Source: Macrostomum lignano
Lineage: Eukaryota
NCBI GenBank assembly: GCA_002269645.1
Contig: NIVC01002242.1
Coordinates: forward strand, 70,633-134,632
Direction of reading: 5' to 3'
Length of the DNA stretch: 64,000 nt
A program made the position numbers and the translations under genes. Shown piece by piece: positions 1 to 11,388 of this stretch. The stretch's first letter is position 1. Each line of letters begins with the position of its first letter. The notes beneath the pieces were generated by a model. It ran no database searches and had not been told where the DNA came from. It saw only the letters and a program-made list of their open reading frames with translations.

Positions 1-221
1 CGAAAACCGAGTTTGTACCGAGAAACTTACATCAAGTTTTTCCGTTCGGATTCCATTGCCAAGGACGCGCACTGTCCTGTGCCATGCCAGCTCTCTGTGC
101 GCGAGGCTTTCCCGTGCTGTTTTCGATACAAAAATAGCAACCGGGGCTTCGCGCGCAGCTGCAGTATAAATTTATGGTACCCTGCTTCATCCATGCTTAA
201 GCTCTGGACCCGAAACTCGCA

Positions 222-1853
222 ATGCAGCTGGACGCGACCCCATCATTCCACCTCGTCTTCCCCATCCATCAGGTGATGGTGCAGCCGCCGCGCCGAGTGA
301 AGCTGGAGGCCATCAAGAAGGCCGCCTTCAAAGAGAAAAGCCCCGACGTCTCCAAGGATATCGGCCGGTGCAAGACCAACTCGGAGACGCGCCTGGACCT
401 GTCCGGCCAGCGGCTGCTCGCCCTGCCTTCGACTGTGCGCGACTTGAACTTCGTCACCGAGCTCTATCTCTATGGCAACAAGCTCAGCCAGCTGCCTGAC
501 GAGATCGGCGCCATGGTGAGCCTGGAGAAGCTGATGCTGCAGCAGAACCACCTGTCCTGCCTGCCAATGTCCATGCAGTACCTCACCAAGCTGCGAGTGC
601 TGGACCTGCGCCACAACAAGCTGGAAGGCCGCCTGCCGCCAGTGATCTACAAGCTGTACGGCCTCACCCAGCTGCTGCTCACCTACAATAAAATCAGCGA
701 GATCGACCCGGAGATTGGCAGCCTCATCAGCCTCATGGTGCTGGTTGTCAATAGCAACAACATTAACGGGGCCATACCGTCCAGCATCGGCACCCTGCGC
801 CAGCTTGTGAAACTCGACCTGTCGCATAACAAAATCAGATCGGTGCCGGAGGAGCTGGGCCGCTGCCTGCTACTCTCTGACTGCAACCTGCAGCACAACT
901 GCCTCACCAGCCTGCCGGACCACATGGGCGACTTGCGCAACCTCACCCGCCTGTGCCTGAAGTACAACAGCCTCACCCAGCTGCCTCGCACTCTGGCCAA
1001 CTGTCAGAAACTGCAGGAGCTCAACATCGAGAACAACAGCGTGCAGGCGATGCCAGACGGCCTGCTGGCCTCGATGCGCGGCCTCAGCACCATCGTGCTG
1101 TCGCGCAATCGCTTCCGCCGATTCCCAACTGGAAGCAGCGCGCAGTTCACGCAGACGCAGAGCCTGGCGCTCGATCACAACCAGATTGCGGAGATCCCGC
1201 CCGGGGCCTTCGCTGCTGCCCGCCAGCTGGCCAAACTGAGCCTCAGCTCCAACGAGCTGACCCAGCTGTCGGCCGAGACTGCCGCCAGCCTGCGCAATCT
1301 GGTGGAGCTCGACCTCAGCGGCAACGGGCTCGAATCCCTGCCGGAGGAGCTCGGCCACCTGAGGAAGCTGCGCAGCCTGTTGCTAAGCGACAATCAGCTG
1401 ACTGGCCTGCCGGACAGCATCGGGAACTGCGCCTCGCTGCGCTCTCTGCTGCTGGACTACAACCAGCTCACCGACCTGCCGCTCGACATCAGCCAGCTGG
1501 GCGAGCTGCGGGAGCTCAGCCTCACTGGTAACCGCATGGCAACCGTTCCGCTCGGAGTCACCCTGCTGTCCCAGCTGACCCTGCTCAGGCTAAACGAGAA
1601 CAAGCTCACCGAGGTGCCGCGCGAGATTAGCCGAATGACCTCGCTGCAAGAGCTTTACCTGAACGACAACCACGAGTTGGACAATCTGCCGTCGGCTCTG
1701 TCGCAGTGCGCCCGGCTGGAAATCCTCAACATCGACCAGTGCCGGATGAGCCACGTGCCAGCTGAGATTGTGAGCTGCGGCTCCAACGTGATCATGCGGT
1801 TCCTCAAGCAGGTGTTTGTCTACGAGAAGAACTGTCTGGTGCATGAGATTTGA
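222..1853 (+). CDS. SHOC2: SHOC2/Sur-8-like leucine-rich repeat scaffold, single coding exon (start ATG 222 or 276)
   Basis: 543-aa ORF of continuous LRRs. Segments ELYLYGNKL, LRVLDLRHNKL, LQELNIENN, LQELYLNDNHEL and the C-terminal IVSCGSNVIMRFLK parallel SHOC2 as I recall it (ELYLYSNKL, LRMLDLRHNKL, LEELYLNDNPNL, IVAGGPSFIIQFLK). Confidence 0.88.
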   Translation: MQLDATPSFHLVFPIHQVMVQPPRRVKLEAIKKAAFKEKSPDVSKDIGRCKTNSETRLDLSGQRLLALPSTVRDLNFVTELYLYGNKLSQLPDEIGAMVSLEKLMLQQNHLSCLPMSMQYLTKLRVLDLRHNKLEGRLPPVIYKLYGLTQLLLTYNKISEIDPEIGSLISLMVLVVNSNNINGAIPSSIGTLRQLVKLDLSHNKIRSVPEELGRCLLLSDCNLQHNCLTSLPDHMGDLRNLTRLCLKYNSLTQLPRTLANCQKLQELNIENNSVQAMPDGLLASMRGLSTIVLSRNRFRRFPTGSSAQFTQTQSLALDHNQIAEIPPGAFAAARQLAKLSLSSNELTQLSAETAASLRNLVELDLSGNGLESLPEELGHLRKLRSLLLSDNQLTGLPDSIGNCASLRSLLLDYNQLTDLPLDISQLGELRELSLTGNRMATVPLGVTLLSQLTLLRLNENKLTEVPREISRMTSLQELYLNDNHELDNLPSALSQCARLEILNIDQCRMSHVPAEIVSCGSNVIMRFLKQVFVYEKNCLVHEI

Positions 1854-1970
1854 GTAGACTGAGTTTTTTGGTTGACTGTGTTTTTGTTTTTGCAACACGT
1901 GATTTTTAAAATCAGTTGACCTTTAAAATTTGAGTGATTTCGACTTATAGCTGCTTTCTGTTCAGTACCA

Positions 1971-2507
1971 GGCTTCAAGATTCCAAGGTTTCAGAGCACC
2001 TGGGTTCCAGAATTTCATGGCTCCAAGGTTTCAGAGCACCTGGGTTCCAGAATTTCATGGCTCCAAGGTTTCAGGGTACCTGGGTTCCAGAATTTCATGG
2101 CTCCAAGGTTTCAGAGTACCTGGGTTCCAGAATTTCATGGCTCCAAGGTTTCAGATTTCCAAAGTTCCATGGTTCCGGAGTTCCATGGTTCCAGAGTTCC
2201 AGAGTTCCATGGTTCCAGAGTTCCATGGTTCCGGAGTTCCATGCTTCCGGGGTTCCATGCTTCCGGGGTTCCATGCTTCCGGGGTTCCATGCTTCCGGGG
2301 TTCCATGCTTCCGGGGTTCCATGCTTCCGGGGTTCCATGCTTCCGGGGTTCCATGGTCCCGGGGTTCCATGCTTCCGGGGTTCCATGCTTCCGGGGTTCC
2401 ATGCTTCCGGGGTTCCATGGTCCCGGAGTTGCATGGTTCCGGAGTTCCATGGTTCCGGAGTTCCATGGTTCCGGAGTTCCATGGTTCCAGAGTTCCAAGG
2501 TTCCAGA
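1971..2507. repeat. Tandem repeat built on an 8-bp subunit: 40-bp units then 16-bp units (ATGCTTCCGGGGTTCC)
   Basis: Periodicity read directly. Explains the PEFHG/PGSME ORFs in several frames. Confidence 0.92.
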
Positions 2508-3392
2508 AACCCACAGACTTTCTTGGCATTTCATTTCCTAGAAATAAACCAGCAACAACCGGCCTTCAAAATTTCTACTAATCAAGCATGCATTGTTTCG
2601 CTTCCGTTTGGGTTGGAACTTTGCCAAAAAACTTTCCAAACAATTTCGGAATGTTTGAAATGTTCAGTGACAAATGAGTCTTTTCAATTTATAGGCCCCT
2701 AGAATCATGTTTTGACGTATGTCATATGTAATCAAAACGTATGTCATTCTTAAGTCTTCATGTTTGACTGCAACAATCATTTTTTATTTAGCAAATTCCA
2801 TTCCTTAATTCTAAAACATTTTGCAGCCAGCTTTCAGTAGTTTTTGTGCAATATTAATGCGCCTAACAATATTTATTGCTCATACAGAAGTGCTCAGTTC
2901 GTTCACAATCGTTTTTTTATTGTATTTTAAATTCGTTTCAATTGTAAAGACGCGCAGCTTTTAAAAGGTTGCAAATTTCAGTCACGTGACAACAATATCA
3001 ATAAACGGGCAAATCCCGTGACCACTAATATAAAGTCTGACAACATGAGGAAATTGACAACTTATCTATGCCAGTTTTGTTCAAAATCATCAGCTAGCTC
3101 TATAAACTTAGGCCTACCTATAAATAAACTTCCTGCTAACCCCATATTTTCATCTTATCAATGACCTCACTTGACCTCCCCTCGAGACCTTCCTTAACAT
3201 ACTTCCCACATAAACTCTATCACTATGACCTCTCTCAATCATGACCTTTATTGTGACTTTCGATATGACTTCTCAAATACCTTTCTATGACCCCCTATAA
3301 GATCTCTCTAACGAACCATTACCCACCATTACCTACCTAATTACCCTCATGACTTCTCATGATTTCCCAATGACCTCCCTAATGATCTCCTT

Positions 3393-4817
3393 CATGACCG
3401 TCCCTCATGACCGTCCCTCATGACCGTCCCTCATGACCGTCCCTCATGACCGTCCCTCATGACCGTCCCTCATGACCGTCCCTCATGACCGTCCCTCATG
3501 ACCGTCCCTCATGACCGTCCCTCATGACCGTCCCTCAAGACCGTCCCTCATGACCGTCCCTCATGACCGTCCCTCATGACCGTCCCTCCTGACTGTCCCT
3601 CATGACCGTCCCTCCTGACCGTCCCTCATGACCGTCCCTCATGACCTCATGACCTCCCTCATGACCGTCCCTCATGACCGTTCTCATGACCTCATGACCT
3701 CCCTCATGACCGTCCCTCAAGACCGTCCCTCATGACCGTCCCTCATGACCGTCTCTCATGAACGTCCCTCATGACCGTCCCTCATGACCGTCCCTCATGA
3801 CCTCCCTCAAGACCGTCCCTCATGACCTTCCTCATGACCGTCCCTCATGACCTCCTTCATGACCGTCCCTCCTGACCGTCCCTCATGACCGTCCCTCATG
3901 ACCGTCCCTCATGACCGTCCCTCATGACCTCATGACCTCCCTCAAGACTGTCCCTCATGACCTTCCTCATGACCGTCCCTCATGACCTCATGACTGTCCC
4001 TCATGACCGTCCCTCATGACCGTCCCTCATGACCTCATGACCTCCCTCATGACCGTCCCTCAAGACCGTCCCTCATGACCTTCCTCATGACCGTCCCTCC
4101 TAACTGTCCTTCATGAAGTCCTAATGACCTCCTTCATGACCGTCCCTCCTGACCGTCCCTCATGACCGTCTCTCATGAACGTCCCTCATGACCGTCCCTC
4201 ATGACCGTCCCTCATGACCGTCCCTCATGACCTCCTTCATGACCGTCCCTCATGACCGTCCCTCCTGACCGTCCCTCATGACCTTCCTCATGACCGTCCC
4301 TCATGACCGTCCCTCATGACCGTCCCTCCTAACTGTCCTTCATGAAGTCCTAATGACCTCCTTCATGACCGTCCCTCATGACCGTCCCTCATGACCTTCC
4401 TCATGACCGTCCCTCATGACCTCATGACCTCCCTCATGACCGTCCCTCATGACCGTCCCTCATGACCTCATGACCTCCCTCATGACCGTCCTTCAAGACC
4501 GTCCCTCATGACCTTCCTCATGACCGTCCCTCCTAACTGTCCTTCATGAAGTCCTAATGACCTCCTTCATGACCGTCCCTCCTGACCGTCCCTCATGACC
4601 GTCTCTCATGAACGTCCCTCATGACCGTCCCTCATGACCTTCCTTTATGACCGTCCCTCATGACCTCCTTCATGACCGTCCCTCATGACCGTCCCTCATG
4701 ACCGTCCCTCATGACCTCCCTCAAGACCGTCCCTCATGACCTTCCTCATGACCGTCCCTCCTGACCGTCCCTCATGACCGTCCCTCATGACCGTCCCTCA
4801 TGACCGTCCCTCATGAC
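3393..4817. repeat. 13-bp minisatellite (CATGACCGTCCCT)n, about 1.4 kb
   Basis: Roughly 100 direct tandem copies with variants. Confidence 0.96.
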
Positions 4818-4836
4818 CTCCATTGCAATCTTCTCT

Positions 4837-6103
4837 TCAAACTTCCACGCCGCCCTGGCCGCCATCCGCGGCTTCAATCCGCTGCCTGCTGCTGCCTCCC
4901 CGAAGCGACGATGCCGCCTGCCCGACGTTGGTCGCCTGCTGGCCGCCGCCACCGCCGCCGCCGCAACAGCCGCCGAAACGGCACAGCGGCACTCGCATGA
5001 GAATGTCTACAGGGCCTCGAGAGAGCAGGCAAGCGATGGCCAGGTAGATGGACTGCATAGCCTGCAGCATGTGGAACAGGTACCACAGGCAGAGTGCCTC
5101 GCAGTTGGGGTGCAGCGCCAGCGCCACCAAGCCACAGGGCCAAACAGCCGCCTGACTGGCCGCCAACCGGCAGAGCAGCTGCACCGCGTTAGCGGCCGAT
5201 TCAGCGCCTGCGGCGGCCGCGGCGGCTGCGGCGCTACGCGCGGTGGCGCTGACAACCCCGGCGCGTCCAGCCGTCGCTGCTGCCGCCGCCGCTGAGGCCG
5301 CCGCCGCCTCCTCAGAAGCAGCTTGCGCTTCCGGAAGCAGATCGTCTCGCAATAGCAGCAACGGCGGAAGCAGCAACCAGTAGATGAAGGTGGCTGGACC
5401 GGCTAAAAGCAGGGCGTAGCCAACTGCGGCCGGGTGATCGGAGCCGCTGCCGCCGCTGCAGTTGCGGAAGAGAAGAGCGGTGCTGACCCGGGTGTAGCCA
5501 GTGTCCAGCGACTCTGTGAATGGCAATTGTTGCGTTTTATGAGCCGTCTCAAGGTTCAGAGGGTGGGGTTGTGTGTTTGCTGGGTTCAGAGATGGGTCAA
5601 AGCTATCATTGCTGACCGGAGATCCAGCGACCTGTCGCTCCCAGCGCCACCGGCACTCCGGCGAAGATGCCGCAGGTGGCGAGACCCGCAGCCAGTCGGC
5701 GACGCCAGCCGCTCGAGTCCATCACTATCAGAGCGGCCGTCGAGGAAGGCGGCGGCGGGCGCCGGACCAGTCGACTTCGGACCCGCCGGCGGCGCCGATG
5801 CCCGATCCGGCGCCACAGGCTGGCGGCGCCCATGGCAACCAGACCGGCGCACAGTAGGTGACAGAAATGCCCGACGGAGTTGCCGACAGCCAGGAGAACC
5901 GGCGAACTGGCGATGCCGGCAATCAGATTGGCGGCTCCGCCGGCTGCGTGAGCAACCAGTGCGGAAACCTGCGCCCAGCCGTACAGTCTGCGCAGTTCGG
6001 GCAGGTAAGCCAGCGGCGCCAGGTGCAGCGCCATCGCCGCTTGGCCAACTGCCAGACACGTGAGCGGCAGCTGCATGTAGAAGTTTCTATCTGCTATCAG
6101 CAT
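4837..6103 (-). CDS. Seven-transmembrane protein of family-2 (secretin/adhesion GPCR) type; exons 6103-5617 and 5513-4837, about 387 aa
   Basis: A phase-1 GT-AG intron (5616-5514) joins RWIS/ESLDTGY. Seven hydrophobic segments. TM3 VGHFCHLLC, TM6 AAVWPCGLVAL and TM7 YLFHMLQAMQSIYLAIACLL resemble 7tm_2 motifs (HYF..A, LTW.FG, F...NSLQG.FI...C). Start codon uncertain (6103 or 6076). Confidence 0.62.
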
Positions 6104-6264
6104 CCTTTGGGAGCCAAGCATCCCTATTTTATTTGAATTCTCAATCTCCCAACACTGAGCCAATAGTGTCTCGTAAATCTCCGGAGCAATGAAAGCAGCT
6201 CCTAGCTGGATTGTGTGGGACTCTACTACCCTACACACTGTTCTACTTCCACTGCGCACTCCAC

Positions 6265-6606
6265 CCCATTCTGTGCCACCCCTCCCCACTCAGCACGTAC
6301 CACCTCATTCTGTGCTACCCCTCTCCACTCAGCACCCACCACCCCATTCTGTGCTACCCCTGTCCACTCAGCACCCACCACCCCATTCTGTGCTACCCCT
6401 GTCCACTCAGCACCCACCACCCCATTCTGTGCTACCCCTCTCCACTCAGCACCCACTACCTCATTCTGTGCTACCCCTGTCCACTCAGCACCCACCACCC
6501 CATTCTGTGCTACCCCTGTCCACTCAGCACCCACCACCCCATTCTGTGCTACCCCTCTCCACTCAGCACCCACCACCCCATTCTATGCTATCCCTCCCAC
6601 TCAGCA
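6265..6606. repeat. 39-bp minisatellite
   Basis: About 8-9 copies of CCCATTCTGTGCTACCCCTGTCCACTCAGCACCCACCAC. Confidence 0.93.
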
Positions 6607-7134
6607 CACAAGCTGGAAGAACTATTTAATTAGCAGACTATGATACCCTATATGCCAAACCTACGCTCGTAGACTCTAGCGGCAAAAAATCTTGCAATTT
6701 TCCTAAACCTTTAGCGAGTACAGTACAGTGCAGAGTTTAAAAAGTTTCACCCAACCCAAGTAGAAGTTCCAGCTTCTTGAGCCGTTCTAAGAAAGTTCCC
6801 TGATTAGTCACGCACTGAGGGAAAATATTCGAAACGATAATTGCCGGATGAAGCATGAATTCAGCCTGAGAAGAGACAAAATTATTCAGCCGAAGAGCAG
6901 ACAGAACTTTTTTATAACGGATTTCGAATTCTTGTCGTTTTGAAGATAGAAAAAATTCTTGTTAGGAAAGACTGAGAAGAAAATGATTTATATAAATTAG
7001 TAATAATAGCATTTTTAATTTCAAAGTCCCTTTGAGGAACCTCTGCAACTGTGGGATTACTTCAGAATAATCCCCGTATTCGCTAATTTTTTTCATTAAC
7101 AACTTTAAGAAGCTTCATAGAATTCACTTCATCA

Positions 7135-7310
7135 CGGGGCCACAGCAGTCAACGCGCCTGACTCGGGTAGCCCGGGGTTCGATGTCGTGCGCGGCCATAT
7201 TAGGAGCAATTTGGGGCTTGCGAACGAAAATTTACACATAGCTGAGGCTTGTGAGGTGAGGGCCAACCCATTAGGCACAGAGAGTGTGCATGTCTGACGA
7301 TTAGAAAGTC
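7135..7310 (+). mobile_element. Diverged copy of a tRNA-derived SINE
   Basis: B-box-like GGGTTCGATGTC, then ATTTGGGGCTTG and GGCACAGAGAGTGTG. These segments are shared with 43725-43810, 28955-29050 and the SINE copies at 24.7-25.5 kb and 54.3 kb. Confidence 0.55.
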
Positions 7311-7583
7311 GGGGCCGTGGTACAACCAAGGATACTCAAGTAGAAAACTTTCATATACAAAAAGCTTCTATTCTAATTATATATATGCTACGTACAGGTC
7401 CTGTGCCTAAAAATCATTTTAAAAGTGGCACGACTTGACTCATTGGTTTTATGAATCTACTTTTATCATTCTGTTACACAGAATTATCAAGCTAAGAATG
7501 ATTGTTACTATAATATTACTTCCAGTAGCAAGACTGGCTTTGTTGAAAAATCGTATGTTTTTTATTTATTTAACCGCATGTAA

Positions 7584-8333
7584 TATAGCATTTTGCAGCC
7601 CATTTGGGCTTACGCGCATTTAATTTAATCCAAGATACGTTTGCCAATGTAACAGAGCTTTTGTCTATGGTAGCAAGGCTGGCGCAGCGGCATTTAATTT
7701 GGTCCAAAAAGCATCTATTTGGTCCAAACACTCGTGAGCCATTGGACAAACTCTTGCCTTCTCTCAACCGTCTGCAGGTTGTTGCGCACCGCTGGAATGT
7801 CAGCGTCTCTACCAAAAGTTTTCAGTTGCTTTTCTAGAGCTCTGCTGATAGTCGAAATCTGATAACCAACTGGAGCTGTTCCCTCAACTTCTGCTGCATT
7901 TCGGCAACGTCAACAAAGGGTTCGTCTCCACTGCATCGAGTAGCAGTTGGACCTGAGGCTCTCGAGCAACTTTCCTTGGCGATTGCCACCCTTTCGCAGG
8001 CAATCTCTGCCGGCAGAGTTTCAAGACGCTGCTGGATGCTGTAAACCACCTTTTCTTTTACATTCAGCAATCTTGCAATGTCCTTTGGGTGTTCACCTCC
8101 GTCGAGTGCTTCGATCACAAGCCAATGACATTCGTTCAACAGCCTAGCATATGGTCCACAATTCTGGGACTGAGCTGCAAATGAACTAAATGGACCAAAT
8201 TGATGCTTTTTGGACCAAATTAAATGCCGCTGTGCCAGCCTTGCTACCGTAGACAAAAGCTTCATTACTTTGACAAACATATCTTGGATTAAATTCGATG
8301 CGCGTAAGCCCAAATGGGCTGCAAAAAGCTATA
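7584..8333 (-). mobile_element. Non-autonomous Tc1/mariner-like element with about 143-bp TIRs and only the transposase DNA-binding region
   Basis: 7584-7727 and 8190-8333 are inverted repeats with TA at both outer ends. The internal minus ORF LVIEALDGGEHPKDIARLLNVKEKVVYSIQQR...VAEMQQKLREQLQLVI resembles the Tc1 paired-like HTH. No DDE domain. Confidence 0.8.
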
Positions 8334-8732
8334 CTCTGATTTTTAATAAATGAATAATTAAGTAAATATCCGCCATTTAATTCGTATTCTATGTTTAAAA
8401 CGTCCTCAGCAGCACTCAATGGTTCTCGGCTCTCGGGATGCAGCCTCGTTCATTGAAACCATAGACTATATGAATTTTTAACCTACAGATATGACGGTTC
8501 ACACTAAATTCCTAGGCTCCTTCTTTTCTAGTAAAACGATAGTCTATGGCCAAACCTCACTAAAAAACGAAGCCTGAGAACTCAAAACGAGGCCTAAGAA
8601 CAAGGCCTGAGAACTCAAAACGAGGCCTAAGAACAAGGCCTGAGAACATTTTAGAACGACTATAATTTGTCAGTTAGTCCGTTAGAAGTATAAACTATCA
8701 ACAGCAGTAACGACCGATTCATTCTTGCCGAT

Positions 8733-10010
8733 TCACTCGAACATGATTTCTACGGTGTTGGTGTCACCGTGGACAGTCATGCGCATCTTCTTGGTAGTAC
8801 CCTCAGACACGACATCTTGCTCATTGGTCCACCCGTTGGACTCCACGGCTCCTCCGGCGTGTAGAGCGTAGGTCATACGCGAATGGTTCTGGACGTCTAG
8901 CCGTATGTGCCTCTCAATTGCGTTGGATGAATGTCCAGTGACGCGGGCTATATCGTCCCTAGCCAGTCCAGCCCGATGCAACGTGCTGGCACAAGTCTTC
9001 CTTAGAGACTGGTTTGAGAATTTACCATCCGTAGACACGGGCTTGGTGATATTCGCCACAATGGAGTCGAGAGTATGCCGGCCGATAGGTCCATTCTGGT
9101 ACCATCTGCCGCTGTTAATGGCAGACTCACTTCGAAACCAAGTCAGAAAGAGGTTCTCGTGCTTACATTGCTCCGGTCGTTAGCCGTCGTAGATTTTATA
9201 GATGCACGGAAGGCAGCGCTCATGATCTGGGGTGTGCGAAGCCATGACAACCTTCACAGGACGATTCTTGCTTCTGATCCCAGCGTTGTTGATTTTCGTG
9301 CTCCGCTCCTCTCTGTAGACCAACATTTCCTGGCCATCGTGTAGTTCCAAGCAAATCTCTTTGCTCTCTCTTTAGACTGTGCAGCTCTGTACCACCACGT
9401 ATGGCGAAGTTTTTTCTGATATAGAACACGAGCGTATACACCAGAGTCTTGGGATCGCCTGTACCAAGGAGTTTCTTATCCCATAGATCTTTTTCCATGT
9501 CGAACGGAATCGGGTCAGAAGCAAACTTTCCAGCAACGTTGCCCTCCTTGGTCGTCTCCTTCATCGCAGCATCAAGCGCTCTTCGAGCACCCAGAAAATC
9601 GTCATCTTTTCATAAATTCCAGTTAGTGCCAAGTCCAAAATGTACGTGTCGCTGCAAAATGTTAAACATATCTCTCAGACTGCTCGAGTTATAATTGGTA
9701 CTGTGTAACCTCGAACAGGAAGGTCTTTAGTACGAGCTAGATAGTTCCAATCCGATTTTCCCCATTCGGAACGCTCCTTAAACACAAAAAAGCAGGCGTC
9801 TCCATGAAGCAGTTTGGTTTGCCTCTCCTGAAACCAGTCGTCAAATTGCTTTAGTGCCCATCGTTCCTTCCGGCGTGTCGATTCCGGCACAGCAGCGTCA
9901 ATCCTTTCAGCAACCTCGTTATCGGACAGTAAAGCAAATCTAGAAGCCTCGTTTTCTCTCAATTCAATGTCATTCAACCAGTCGAAAGCGAGTTCCAAGT
10001 CGTGTTCCAT
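8733..10010 (-). pseudogene. Decayed Crypton-type (DUF3504-like) tyrosine recombinase transposon ORF
   Basis: Frames join into AVPESTRRKERWALKQFDDW...FLFEV...SSLRDMFNILQRH...FAIRGGTEL...LVYREERSTK...WYQNGPIGRHTL...FSNQSLRKTCAST...IARVTGHSSNAIERH. In-frame stops at 9612-9610 and 9182-9180, frameshifts near 9720 and 9360. Confidence 0.88.
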
Positions 10011-11388
10011 GATTCTCAGTTCTCTCTGATTTTCTCTAGCTGCCCAAACCTTTCCTTTCTCGCTTTTAATTTAAGCATCGAATCTTTTACTTTAATTTTT
10101 GTGTCTATGGTTAAATGTGGGGGGGCTGCGCCCCCACACCCCCGCTTTTGACGAATACCTCACTCGCACTCCCAGTCGCTTCCAATATCTGTAGATTAAG
10201 TACGATCTTCGTCTGTTCTTTTGGTGTCTATGGCAGAAAGACCTCGGACGCAATTCTCGGCCTTTCTCTGCCATAGGAACCAAAAGAACAGACAAAGATT
10301 ATATACAACAGCGTTTATCATACATGAAATACGATTGCTTATTTACATGAAACTCCCTCGTCAGCAGTGTCCCCGTTGGGAATTGGGGGTGTAGGCACGA
10401 AGACGCACATTCTGACCATAGACAAAAATATTCATCAAGAAAACTTTACAGTAACAGTCACAAAGGTCCGAGAAACGCAGGCACACGAAAGTCAAGAACA
10501 CACGGCCTGAATCTTGTTGCACCACCTTCTCAAACAAGAAGAAAGTCGTCAGTCGTCCAAGATCGTCGAGATTTTCAACGATTCTGCCAGAAGGTCGGAT
10601 TTGTGCGCCAATCAGCATTGCGCCTCGGTGCAGCCTTGCCAAGCCTCCAAATTTCAAACACGTCGTACTCTGCTGCTGTAATCCCCATTTCCCCTAAATA
10701 AGGGAACTCCCCCTTGGTATAGTTCGACGGGCGAAAAAATGGCTTGGTATTCCTACTGTTCCGTCATACTTCCACAGACTACTGTACAGTATAAGATCCA
10801 AATATTAATTAATTTAAAACGACTTCTGTTTACCGAATTGTGATTACTTCAAGTATCGCTTTTTTATTGGCCATGTGTAATGCCAGAATTTTTAAAAAAT
10901 TTTTGTTATAATTACAGATAAAGATCAGCCGACCAGCGAACTGACTGATTAAGTTCTCAATCAGCAATTATTAATCAAAATACGATAATTTTACAGAGCA
11001 GACAATTTTTGCTTCTCGTGAATAAAAATACATTCAGCCTAAATAGAGTGAAAATCCTTTCGCTATGAAAAATGCACCACATACTACTTTAAGACGTTTG
11101 ATCATTAATCTTAAGGATGAGTGAATTACTTATAAATACTAATTTTAGCTGAGTAGTACAACGCTTGCGGGGAATTTTTTATCGGGTCAAGGTTGGTCAC
11201 GTGATATAGCAGGACCTCTAGATTGTCTGGAGCGAAAGCTGCAGACTCGTAAGCAATGTAAAAAATCTTTCTAGCGAATTGAAACTTCGGCCTGGCTTCT
11301 AGTCCAAGTTTCTAGAGATCCCTGCTAGTCGGCTTTCATATAGTATTTCACATTTAGTCCCCGCGGAATCCGGCCTACGGGTGGAGAG

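Noticed and set aside
243-1531. Overlapping antisense and alternative-frame ORFs over SHOC2 (likewise over CDK20, the P450, LRRCC1 and the giant gene)
   Set aside because: They are shadows of GC-rich or stop-poor coding sequence, with no recognisable domains.
8733-10010. Domesticated Crypton-derived host gene (KCTD1/ZMYM/QRICH1-like)
   Set aside because: Multiple stops and frameshifts and no fused host domains indicate a decaying element.
10361-10657. 98-aa ORF upstream of the Crypton
   Set aside because: Non-ATG start and no recognisable similarity in any frame.
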